Position numbers and translations under genes: made by a program
The notes under the pieces: model-generated
Told to the model about the DNA's origin: nothing
The model's input: only the letters and a program-made list of their open reading frames with translations
Databases searched by the model: none
Shown: in pieces, positions 13,013 to 25,248 of the stretch
Position numbering within the stretch: the stretch's first letter is position 1
Layout: each line of letters starts with the position of its first letter
Source of the DNA: Girardia tigrina
Taxonomy: Eukaryota
Direction of reading: 5' to 3'
DNA length: 50,439 nt
Assembly: GCA_001938485.1 (NCBI GenBank)
Contig: MQRK01249570.1
Span: 1-50,439 of the forward strand

Positions 13013-14034
13013 TAAACCTTTGCCAACGTTGCACATGTTTATTTATTCCGATTCCCTAAAATTCTGGCTTTCTAGATGTGACGAAATCGTTATAGGCAGT
13101 TTAGCATTCCCTTATTTTTAAAGTATTTCTCCTGGAGGAAAATGTCAAGATATTTGAAAAAGTGATAATCAGAGGTCAGGTGAGTATGGTGAATGACTCA
13201 AAGTTTCGTAGCCAAGTTCGTTCAACAGTTGCATTGTCATACGTGCGATGTGTGGTCGAGCGTTGTCGTGGAGAAGAATAGGTTCCTTCCTATTGACTAA
13301 TGCTGGTTTGTTATTGTTGGAGTTTCTGGTTCATTTTGACAATTTCCTGACAGTATCTCTCTGCTGTAATTGTTTCTCCTAGATTTAGAAAGCTATGATG
13401 AATAACACCGGTTGCAGACCACCAAACCGTCACAATCATCTTTTTTTGTACGATTTCGGCCTTGGAAAGGGTTGTGGAGCTTGATCGTGGTCCAGCCATT
13501 GAGATGAATGTCTCCGATTGTCGTAGAGAATCCACTTTACATCACACGTTACAATTCGGTCCAGAAACGCATCCTTCTTGTTCCGCAGAAGAAGTGAAGA
13601 CGATGCCTCAAAACAACGAATGTTTTGATTGTCATTTAATTCGTATCGAATCCATTTATCCAGTTTTTTCGACTTCCCAATGTAGCGCAAATGGTTTAAA
13701 ATTGTTTCTATCGTGACACCTAGTTCCTTCGCAAGCTCTCGAACTGTTGTGTGTGAATTTGCTTCTACCAAAACCTTCAAATTTTCATTTTGAATAGCAA
13801 GTTTCCTTCCACGGTCATCATAATCTTTGAGGGTCTCATCTCCTTCTTGAAACTTTTTGAACCAATGTTCTAGTATACGTTCTTTTGTTGTTCCATCGCC
13901 CAATGTACCGTTGATATAACGGGCTTCCTACGATGCTTGTGGCCAAGTTTGAATTCATATAAAAATTGCTCGTAATTGCGTTTTTTCCATATAAATCAGG
14001 ACCATTGCAAAAAACATTATTTTTAAACAACCTA
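13010..14034 (-). mobile_element. Degenerate mariner (family M2), 3' TIR lost
   Basis: TIR TTAGGTTGTTTAAAAATAATG with TA at 14035-36; motifs KWIRYEL (WVPHEL-like), FLDRIVTCDVKWILYDN, VTVWWSATGVIHH, a YSPDL-like segment and GINKHVQRWQ. Confidence 0.95.
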
Positions 14035-14469
14035 ATATATATATATATGTGTGTGCATCCATGGAATTTAGAAACCTATTTTTGAAGACCTTCGATTCAA
14101 TCAATTTTCTTCAAAATTTGCACACTTATTCATTCTCAATGACAATAAATGATAATGTGGAAATATGATCAAAAAAACTTTTTAAAGTTCTAAAATGGGA
14201 AAAAACGGAAAATTCGGAGTTCCCGTACAATATTAATTGTAAGATATCTACTTATAAATTATAAGTAGTTTATATTAATTTTTATTGTATTTTTTAAATT
14301 AAAATTTTTTAAATCTTAAATTTTTAAATTTTAAAAACTTTTTTGGCAAAGTAGAGTTCTGTCTGCATAAAGAATGGATTTAAAAAATTTAATTTTTTGA
14401 TTTAATAGTTTTGTGTTAAATAATTACAAGAGTGTCACTACATTCATGTTGATTGTTAAGAAAAGTATA

Positions 14470-15901
14470 TGATCATAAAGTAATCACAGAGTTTAATCTA
14501 GAAAATTTCCGAAAAAATTAAATCACGTAAATAAAGATTTTAATTAATTAAATAGAGAGATAACGAAAACTGTCCGATCCAAAGTTTGAATTGGATGATA
14601 ATTTCTAAAGATTTTCAGTTCTTAAGTTAATAACTGTAGAGTTTTTGGTGATTAATTGAGTTACTATTTTTGCGGATATTGGAACTGTAATTTTTAAAAA
14701 ATCTTGATACTTCATAAAATGATACAAACTACTGAAGTCCATCAAAATTAAAGCCAACTTCATCCATGATACCGGTCACAGTGGAAATAACCTGGACGAA
14801 AATTTGAGTTCTAATTAAACGACCGATTTCTTTTACCAGTAAAAAAGAACCCGAATCATTAGAACCGACTTTATATTTCTCAAAGTTTCCGACGATAAGT
14901 ACCATAAACAGAAACCGATGAAAAGTAATGAAGTTTATTGGATTCTTGCTCACAAGACATTATAACGAACACCAAAATTTATTTCTATAACAATTAGAAT
15001 TTTTTTAAACAAATATTTTTTGAGGAACTTTTGTATTTTGTGTCCACGAGTGGGTTTTGTTTTCGGTGGTGCTACCATTAGGTTTTTTCTAGATGTCGCT
15101 TGTGCTGGCGAATGTGTCGACCAGGGGATTAGGAGTGCCCACGGAGGTCAGTGTTTATCAGTGGAGAAGATATCCAATGGCGCTCTGGTGATTATATGGG
15201 AAAATGTGAGTGTTACAGTTGTCAATCTGAGGAATGTTACGGAGGCCGGTATTTCGTTAGGAAACTTTTCGCCGCGCAAAGAACTAGTGGTTGGTCTTGG
15301 TCGGTGCTTGTCGTGTGCCCCCAGTAATTGTCGGAGTGCGTCAATCATTGTCGGATCGGATGATTGTCGAGACGAAGATATTGAGTTTTTGTTGCTGGAG
15401 GATGATTACATTCATAGTTTTTGACTAAGTGTTCTCCACAACGAAAGTATACCAAAGCGATTATCAACAAGATTGTTATTAAAAAAGCTGTGTTTGAAAA
15501 ATTCAACAAAAAATTCCATGTAGAATCAAAACAATTGACGATTCATTTAAAGAATTTTGATTTGTGTAATAATATCTGTTGTGATTTGCGAGTGGAAATA
15601 ACGAATCTGGTTAATGAAAGAATACTATTTCTCGGTTAAATACAATAGAAATATCTAAAGTTTGAAGGAAAAGTGGAAATAGTGGTAATCAAACACAAAC
15701 AGAAAGGTCCTGCTCAACCATACTTTCTTACAGTAGTAAGAAATAGTAATAAAATCCTGATCGTCGATGTCCTTCGGGAATTTCTCAACGATGAGCGATA
15801 TTTGGTACCATTTTAGGGTGAACTACTTTGTTGATATTTTGTTCCGCCCCAATCCCGGGGTGTCGCAATCACGCAAGTGCTGCGCCTGCTCTGTTATCAC
15901 A
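14470..15901 (-). mobile_element. Possible LTR-like element T4 (1432 bp) with a decayed long ORF on the + strand
   Basis: TG...CA termini with 4-bp TATA flanks (weak in this composition); GC-rich right end; near-continuous + frame ~14966-15816. Confidence 0.4.
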
Positions 15902-17934
15902 TATATTAGTTGCACATTGGTATATGCGGGGTTAATACATTGATGTTTTACACCATGTCCTTAAACTTTTAGTCGGTAAGTCACTACAACGTCAACATGA
16001 CAGTACATTACATAAACACAGATTTAAAGGATTCAATTTTTATTTCTCTATTAAAAGTCGTCTTTGAGATAGATTAATTTTAAATCTTTGTAGTTTTAGG
16101 TTGTGCTCACTGTAAAAATTAATGTGATAAAATGTTTCATTAAGTGGCACTTTAAAACTTTTTCTTATTCATTCTTATTAAAATGTTCCATTAAAATTAA
16201 AAAATGGAATTATAATTTCAAATTAACTCATTATAGTTGAATAAATCAAATGAATTTCACCAGACCTCATGTGTTTTACAATAATTTTTCTTGTCAACAT
16301 TTCGATTACAAAACACTAATTTGATAGACAAATAAAATATTTTTATTATGTAAAATGAAATATCATAATAAAAAATAATTAAGCCATTTTGATCAAATGA
16401 ATTATCGAAAATCTAATATTTTTTTATTTTCAAAGATTTAATAGTGATCATTAGAACACATAATTTTTAATAGGAAGTTGGGGTTGCATATTAAATACAT
16501 CACCACCTATAAATTATTAAAAAATCTTAATCAAGTTGTATATTGTAGTTTAGATATTACTTTTTCGGTTAAAGTAATATTTCTTTATGTGAGAAGTGGT
16601 TGCAACTTCTATATCAGAATTCATTTTTTTAAACACCAAAATTTATTTATATTATTCACATCTTTAAAATAAATTTTCCNNNNNNNNNNNNNNNNNNNNN
16701 NNNNNNNNNNNNNNNNNNNNNNNNNNNNNATTTAATAGATACATTAAAAGATATTTTTTATTTTTAAATAGATATTTTATTTTTTTATGATTTTCTTTTA
16801 TTATATCATTTTTAATTTTTTTAAAATATTTAAGAACACATTAAAAAAAATATTTTATATTTAAAAACTTTTTGATTTTTTAATAGTTGTTTTATTATAT
16901 AATTTTTAATTTTAAAATATTGAATAATCATATTAACATAAAAATATTTTACCCTTTAAATTAAAAAAAAATAATAAATTATTCAGACGAGATAAAAATT
17001 TAAATTAACCCCTCATACTTTATAAATGTTAGTAATTCTTTTTTTATTGTTGAATGAAGATTTAATTTCCTTAAGATATCAGTCGGAATCGATTTGATTT
17101 CCAAAACTTACTGATTTGATTGTAAGCATATTTTAACACTAAAATAGCCACGAGGACATTTTTGACAAGGTAATATAAAACCACGTCTATTTTATGACTA
17201 TAATTCCCAAAGATAATTTGTAAATTTTTCTAAATTTGCTAATAAATTTTTATAGGAGCTTGAAAAAATGAAGTCAATATGTAATGTCTTAAAATGGGTA
17301 TCATTTGAAACTATCATGTGGTATAAAATGAGCCCTTGGCTGTTCTACTGGTACGTTAACCACTACGTCAATCTACTTTATTTACATAGTAAAACGAAAC
17401 AAAATAACTCGATACAAATTCACAAAATTTATTATTTAGCACAGATCGATTTCAATTCAATTTTACCGCGTTTCCAAATTCGTACTCAAAAAAACATTCA
17501 AATACCACAGATAAACAAATTTAAGAAATTTTAACAAAGAAAATTCATATTAAAACATTAACATGAATTTATTCATTGGAAAATCTAAATTCGAAAAATT
17601 AATAATGTTACATTTTTATCATTTAATTCGTTTTAATTTTCAAATATTTTAAATAGTTTAAATTGTTTTCATTTTTTTAATTTGACTTAATTTTTTCTTT
17701 TGCTGAAACTTAATTAATTTGAAATAAATATAAATAATAAATATAAAATCATTTATTTAAAACAGTACTCAATATTTTTTGATCGGTTTTTATGGTCTGT
17801 TTCAAGTCAAACCAAATTTCCGTTTCTAATTAATTTCGATCTATTTTAATCTATTATTAAATGATTTTTAATAGAAATATGTGACAAAATTAATTAAAAA
17901 TTAAATCATCATAAAAAACTTATAAATCACCAAC

Positions 17935-18411
17935 CTGGCTGTGTGTTAAAAGGTAGGAACTGTTTATTATCAGACTGCTCATATTCATGTTATGAATTTT
18001 AGAGTTGATTAGAGCATAATTATTTATATAATCACTGATTTTCTTTGATATTAAGTTGATTAACCATTGAGACTTTTGAAGAACTTCAAGATTCTGTTTA
18101 TATACATCGGGATTATAATGTCTGATATACCAATAATTGGTAACGATAACAAACGTCAACAATGCAACAAGTAATACGAAAACGATTGTTACAGCAATAA
18201 AATGCATTTGTCCGAAACTTTGAAAGTACCGTCTTGATTTGAAACAGGAACTATAACTGGAAGGGTTTTGATTAATTAAAGACCAATCTGGAAATCGATT
18301 TTGGCTAATAATCCTTAAAGATAATTCGGTAAATGGTAGAAATCCATAGTTTGGTTGATTCGGAAATTTGGTGGCATCATTTTGGTTTCGAGTAAAATTT
18401 TCTATTGGTTT
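17935..18411 (-). CDS. Next exon of the same membrane protein (phase 0/0, 159 codons)
   Basis: Acceptor attacag|AAA; open frame KPIENFTRNQ...FIAVTIVFVLLVALLTFVIVTNYW...THSQ; donor CAG|GTTGGT; phase matches. Confidence 0.8.
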
Positions 18412-19667
18412 CTGTAATTATATATATGTTAAAAAATTAAATAAAAAATAAATTTAATTAATTTTTCTAATTCAACTTTTTTCAATCGTTTAGAATGCCT
18501 AGTGTAGTTAGAAAAAGAAATGTAATTTTGCAATGATTTAAAATTTAATAAAATTTTAAATTAAATTTAAATTAAATAGTGAAAATAATGAGATTGGCTA
18601 ATAAACTATTGATTTATTTTTTAAATAAACTGTCTGGTTTGTAAATATGTTAAAATATTATCAATTTAAAAATTTTGTCTCGTAATTTATTGCCATTTTA
18701 ACCTGGAGAATTTTATCTATTTCGGAAATGAGCTTTGTAAAAATTTTAAATCAGTTTTATAACTGGTAGGAATTTCTTTTACAAATACGTCATCCGTAAA
18801 TCAGGGTTAGCTCCGATTAACGCGTTCGAGGTTGCAGCTCTTTGTATTTGTTGCAACTATTAATGATATTTTCCTTCAATTATATCAAAATGAAATTTAA
18901 TCGAAAACTTGATATGGTTCTTAAAATTCGATTGAAACAACAAAATATTATGGCTAGTGTGGTTCTGCAGGACATTAAGGTTTGTCGGACAGAAGACCAT
19001 AATTATTTATATAATCACTGCAGGGTAGAAGACCATTTAACTGTGGAGGGTCTTATCAGCCACGGATCTGAATCGAATGCCTCACCAAATTCGTAGGACC
19101 ACTCTGTTATCTCGGATGCCCAACGTGTAGAGGACCAGTCCCATAGTAAGGAGGCCGCGGTGCTCAACGACTTGATATCATCGAGAATCGGGCCACTGAC
19201 GGAAACTGTTGCAAATATTTCACCGAGTTTTGTAAACCGTTCGAATACTTAATCAAGTCATAGTGCACATCACCCTCGATTGGTGTTGCTTCAAGCGAGG
19301 ACCAAGCAGATACGTTATTGTATGTTTCATTTGTTTTAGAATTACAACGGAGAAGTTTGATTAAGCATTATTCGTAAAGAAAGCAGAACTGATAAACATT
19401 TTTTTATTTTAATTTAAAATTGTGTCCAAAAACATGAATTTAAAAAATTCTGTAATTTAATTTGCAAAAACAATTTTTTTACATACAGTATTTGCACAGT
19501 AATATTTTTTTGACAAAATTAACCGGATCACCACAACTAGTTTATTCATTTTGGTCATTAATTCACACAGTCATGTTTGAACGAGGTAACTCGTCCACAA
19601 TCATGAATGGGTTAAAATATAGCTAAATGAAAAATAGTAACTGAAAACAGTTATTAATATTTGTTAA

Positions 19668-19893
19668 CCTTCCAATGGTGGTAAAAATGACACCTTGTTA
19701 ATCCATGCCAAATTTGCTTTAAATTATCTTATTAACCTTCGACAAGCCAAGCAATTTCATGCCGCATCATCCCAACGTCCCCATTTTGACAAATTTTGTA
19801 TTTTGCTAAATTAAAAGTAAATAAAAACATATTTTGATATAATTTGTCACGGATTAAAAAGGTGTCATTTTTACCATCATGGATACCGGAAGA
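19668..19893. mobile_element. piggyBac-like MITE
   Basis: TTAA on both sides (19664-67, 19894-97); ~45-bp imperfect TIRs containing ATGRTGGTAAAAATGACACCTT. Confidence 0.8.
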
Positions 19894-20859
19894 TTAATGA
19901 ATACAAATTTATCAAATAAGTGACCGTTAATATCCAAATCGTAAAGTTGAAGGGTTATATATTCTATTAAATAAAACGTACAATTTTAAGTAAAGCTACT
20001 TTTTTGTCAGACATATTCTGTTCGTAACAACGAAAACAGTTGATATATCAACTTTTAGGTATTTCAACTTTCTTCTAGTGACTGACTCGATTACGGTAAT
20101 TTAGACATAAATAAATCGTTTTTTATTGCTTGTAAATCTTTCTTCGTAAATCAATCATCGTTTGAAGGAAAATCTTGTTCAATAAATTCATTTTTATTTA
20201 CCATGAAAATATATTTTCAGATTCGTTTGAAAAAAATTTTGTCTTAATTTGTAAGATTTAGGTATTTTAATCTTAAATAAATAATTTTTCATTTATTTTT
20301 TTTGTAAATATAAATATTGAATTAAAGCATAATTATTACGGCTTTTTTCAACAAATTTTATTCAACAAACAAGATAAAAAATAATTAACAAATAAATGAT
20401 TTAATGATTATTTCAGATTGTAGTCAATATCCCGTTTAAGAACTGTTCTTATTTGATTGAAAGACGGTCGATCCCATGGGTTAAAAAGTGATGGTTATTA
20501 AATGCAATGCACTCTTTGACATCGGTTACTTCGTAATCCAAATAATTGTAAATTTTGTTCGTTTGCCAGATTTCAACGAACGATTGACGTGATAGTTTGT
20601 TAGAGATCTTATTGGTGAAAGAGAAATTTAGAGAACGGACATTACAGTGGTTGAAGACTCATTGTTCTTTAATGTGGTCATTCCGTCTCGATCGCAACGT
20701 GAAAGCAGTCAAGCTAAGCCAAATAGACAACACTATTGTTATTAAACAGCCGCTTGCCCTTCTTGTCGGGAAGCCACAAATTTGGACTCTCCATGTAATC
20801 ATTTCATCAATAATAAATTATGTTTGAGGTCGCTTTTGTTCTACTATACAAACTGAATA

Positions 20860-21180
20860 TAGAGTGGGCATAGTTACAAGTTTGCGGAATTGCAGCTCTA
20901 GTGGTGGTCCCTGGGTTATGAGTAAATCACAGAAAATCTATTCTTACCATGTTTATCTCTGAAATTCAAATGATACATAAACAATCACACATTCTGCCGA
21001 ACGATATTTCGATGTCATCTGACACAGATGTTTCAAATTAGAATCGGTGAGACTGAGAGAGAACTCAATGTCTTCAACAGTATCAAAATGTTGACTAATG
21101 CGCATCAATTTATAATTGACACGCTTATAACGTCCAGGAATTAAATCAATGATCGATTAAAAATTTAGTTTACTCGAATT
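20860..21180 (-). repeat. Dispersed repeat B copy 2 (probable DNA-transposon end)
   Basis: Same blocks as copy 1, in the same order on the opposite strand. Confidence 0.65.
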
Positions 21181-21618
21181 TTCTAATAATTGGTTTATGC
21201 TTAAAACATCGAAGGCAGATGGCGTGAATTGACGTTTTTCTTCTTTTTCAACCGTTAGAGACGGATGACATTAATTAAAACATGGTAAAAAGGCGTGTAC
21301 AGTATAATGTTGAATAACAATATAATGTTGAATAATAACCACTTCATGCTATTCAATGTTATATTTAACATAAAAAGTTTAGAAAAAAATATTAAAAAAT
21401 GGAAAATTCGGAAATGTAAAATATACTCTCTTCGTCCTATATAATATACCGTGTTCAATGTGATAACAAAAGTTATTTTAAGGAATAGAATATTCCTCTA
21501 TTTTATTTCCCTGATATAAAAAACAGTTACAAATTATATTCGCTTAAATTCCCAATAGAAAACAAATCAGCGTTTATCGTGTAACAATTCAATTATCCGT
21601 CGACAATTTACTTTTGTA

Positions 21619-23003
21619 TTGGGTTGGCCAAAAAGTCATTCCGTTTTTTAGTAAAATATTTATTATCAAAAAATGACATGGATGCACAAATATTTTTACA
21701 CGATATACTGTCAATTATTTTCAATAACTTTCTTCCACCTTTCCGGTAGCTTCATTATTCCTGATTCATAAAAACCTTTGCCTTTGTCAGCAAAAAAGCC
21801 GTCTAGGAACGATTTGATGTCATCATCACTGGCGAATGTTTTTCTGTTTAAGGAATTCTGCAGTGATGTAAATAAGTGAAAATCCGATGGTGCCAAGTGT
21901 GGAGAATACGGTGGGTGCGGCAAAACCTCCCAACCCAGTGATTAGAGTTTCTGGCGAGTGGTCAAACTTGTTTGCGGTCTTGCGTTATCATGCTGAATTA
22001 CAACTCCTTTTCGATTTGCCAATTCAGGACGTTCCTGTTGAATTGAATGAGCCAATTTCTCCAGCTGACCACAATATCTGTCTTAGATGGAAGGACAGAA
22101 TTATATTTATGCGGGTTTGATAAACATTCTAAAAATTTATGTTTATGTAAATAATGTGTATTATCATGAGTGATATCAAAAGATCAATAATAATTTAGCG
22201 TATATAAATATATAGATTAGATTTATAAGTTATAAAAAGAAAATACGATTTAGGAATGTTCTCTATCAAAGAAAAAAAGGTTTCTTTCAAAATACTCAAC
22301 ACAGAAATTATGATGGAATATCATTCCTCGGAAGGAGTTCAAAAAACACAATTCCTTTAAAATCCCACCAGACGGAAAGCATAACCTTCTTTTGGTGAAT
22401 TTATGCTTTTGGGATCGTTTTTGTAGGCTCACCACGTTTTGTCCATGATCGTCGGCGTTCCACATTGTTGTAAACAATCCATTTACCGAGTTTACTGACA
22501 AATCCAAGTTTCTTTAAATGACTTCCAACACTTGATTTCGATATTTCCAGAGTCTCTGCAACTTCTCTTGTCGTCATATGTGGATTAGATTTGATCAGTG
22601 CTGTTATTTTGTCGCCATCAACTTCAATTGGTCGACCGATGTATGGTGCATCTTTCAGATGAAATTTTTCAGAACGAAATTTAGAAAACCAGTATTGACA
22701 CTGTCGAAGTTTTAAGGAGTCACCATATACAAAACACATCTTCTTATGAGATTGCACAGCGGTTTTCCCTTTGCGAAAATAATACAACAAAACATGACGA
22801 ATATTCTCATTTTGATTTTCCATTTCGAATTGACGGTAAAGTAATAAATTAAAACAAAATCAATTAATATTTTGTCTAAACATAGTCTGAAAATTAAGGT
22901 TTCAGAATATATAATTGAATTTAAATTTTATCATATCGTTTTATATTTTCAAGCTTTTTATTAGGACGTACTCAAAAACGCAATGACTTTTTTGCCAATC
23001 CAA
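21619..23003 (-). mobile_element. Mariner family M1, both TIRs, non-autonomous, carrying a 219-bp insert
   Basis: TA TSD on both sides and matching ~28-bp TIRs; ORF fragments MENQNENIRH..., QHDNARP, HPPYSPHLAPSDFHLF, GIMKLPERWKKVIENN. Confidence 0.97.
22093..22311 (+). repeat. 219-bp copy of 29273-29491 flanked by the 7-bp direct repeat GATGGAA
   Basis: Direct comparison shows about 5 substitutions; GATGGAA at 22086-92 and 22312-18. Confidence 0.95.
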
Positions 23004-24298
23004 TATCTCTTTTTAAAACGGATTTTAAATTTGAATTGTCTAACAAAGCCTTTTCCACAAAACTTTTATTTGATTTAAAATTCATTGACAACAAAATTCG
23101 CCATGTTACGTTCGAACATTATTTATTTTTAATCAACAATTTCAATTAAAATTCTCGCCACAAAATTTCGATTCACAATTTAATTTGAAAAACAATTCTA
23201 TTAATAGATTTGCATTATCCTCTGAATTTTGATTGATAAAAACAACTTTTTGATTCTCGAGTACACACCGTATAGCCTTTTTAGTGTACCTTTCGAAAGA
23301 AAACCTAGCTTCATTCTTATCCAGGTTTGGAACAGTAGGAATGGTTCATTACTCTTGACAAGATTCAGCTTAAAAAAACATGTTTCAAAGTTTTGTCCAT
23401 CACTGGCTCATTGTAAAAGCTAAGTGTGTGTTACATATATATATATGATATATAAAAGAGCCGTAAATTCCTACTGTCAATCTTCAACCGTTGAAGTTCA
23501 AAGTGCGGATTATCTAATATGGTCACAGTGTTTTTTAAATGGAAAAAGAATATGTTCATATGATGTCACATGTTAAAATAAAACGGTTTCCGAACGAGTG
23601 CACTGCAAGCAGTTCAGGTAAGTACTAAAACTGTGTCGTAAATATGTCACCCATTCTATAAAACTTTAATGTTGAGCCAGACTTGACTCAGTGAAGAGTC
23701 GCATTTTCCCATCACAGATATAAACTATGAAAAATTTAATTTCTCTCAAACAAGTCAAAATACCGTAGTACTAAATGTAACAGTCCGTTTTAATATTTTT
23801 TATTTCTAACTTCAAAAAAATTTTATTGCTTAAGAGAGATAAAAATTTAATATTTCTGAATGTTTTCCAAGAGACTTTCTTAAAGAAAAATATTTATAAT
23901 TTAATCCATAAAATAAATTAAAAAGAAAATGGTTTTCTGCTAGATTTTATCTTTAATATTTGAACGAATAAATTTATTATATATTTATATTTTCAAAGAA
24001 TTTTTGACTGCAAAATTAAAATAAAAATAATGTATTTATTTCCTAACATTATTCTAACAATTAAAACAACCAAATAATAATTCACTTTAAAAACTTAAAT
24101 TATTTATTCAATTCTTGTTAGATTTAATTAATTTCCTTTTATATTGATAAGAATGAATATTATATCCGATTATGTAAATTGCATTGAATTATCAATGACT
24201 AAAATAATTTTAGGGGGCGTAAAAGGTTATGGCGGTTTTTACGATTCACCTTTTAAACTATATCCTTAAAAAATTATTTTATCATTATATATCACATA

Positions 24299-25094
24299 TG
24301 TGCAGAATATTTTCGAATGGTGTTTATAGTATGTTGTGTTTGGTATGTTATTTTAGGATTGTGTTTCTCACACCCAGATTGATGTTTTTGAATGTTTTGA
24401 AACGTCAGATAATTCGGACAATTTTGAAATTTAAATAACAAATTTGAAATTAAATTAATATATTTTAATTAAAAAATGTATTGGGTTTGTAACTAAGTAA
24501 TTGCTGATTTCAGATATAGATGTTTCTCATGCCCATTTTTATGTTATGAACTTCTTCTTATATATGTTATAGGAAATGTCCGGTGTAATTTGAGCTGCAT
24601 CCAAGGAACCAAACTTAAAATTCGGATGTCTACTGTCGGCAACTTAGTTTTTGACCGAAAAGAATCATACTTTCGACGAGCGTGGAATTTCAAATTTTCA
24701 GGAAGATTGCAAAAGCTCATTGAGCAAAATAGGAAAACTTCATAGATTAAAGTTAATTTCAAGTAAAAAAACTTTTTTATTTCATTGAACAAATCGACAA
24801 TTACCTGGTTGTCAACCCAATATAATAATATTTTAAAAGTGCGTTATAACTTAAAGATTTATTTAATAATTTATTATTTAAAATTGGAAAATGAATTAAA
24901 AATATTTTTGAAAATAATTAAAAATTATTTTAGTAAGGAATTGTAATTTCAATTTGTTTGAATAATTAGAAGTTTAGAAATAGAATTAAAAATTTATTAA
25001 TCAACTACGGTGACTAACTAGGAATGTTTTCTTGAGAATTGTCCTTGTTGTTATGTCAATAAAAGTATTCAAAATCATATTAGTGTTCTTATTA
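24299..25094 (+). mobile_element. Solo-LTR-like element, family A copy 2, containing a mariner MITE
   Basis: Starts TGTGCAGAATATTTT, ends GTTCTTATTA; homologous to 1645-2180; TSD not clear. Confidence 0.65.
24481..24820. mobile_element. Mariner-derived MITE (340 bp) inserted in a solo-LTR-like repeat
   Basis: TA on both sides; ~30-bp imperfect TIRs TTGGGTTTGTAACTAAGTAATTGCTGATTT / revcomp TTGGGTTGACAACCAGGTAATTGTCGATTT. Confidence 0.8.
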
Positions 25095-25248
25095 ACTCTA
25101 AAGAGCAGGTTTCCTTCCATTTATTTATACAAAAATTTTGTTCGAATTATTTAACTATATTTAGATTATTAAACGAATTCCCGTTTCTTTTGCCAAGGAA
25201 TCAATACTTTGAACAAGCAGTTGAACTTTGGTTTTATAAAATAAAAAT

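Noticed and set aside
13462-13716. ORFs antisense to mariner transposases (also 21887-22120, 28654-28917)
   Set aside because: They are shadow ORFs of transposase sequence.
15410-15430. Programmed -1 frameshift between 15020-15424 and 15421-15639
   Set aside because: No canonical XXXYYYZ heptamer or obvious downstream structure; a homopolymer indel is simpler.
19142-19154. 13-nt identity CATAGTAAGGAGG with 48976-48988
   Set aside because: No similarity extends on either side, so it is compatible with chance.
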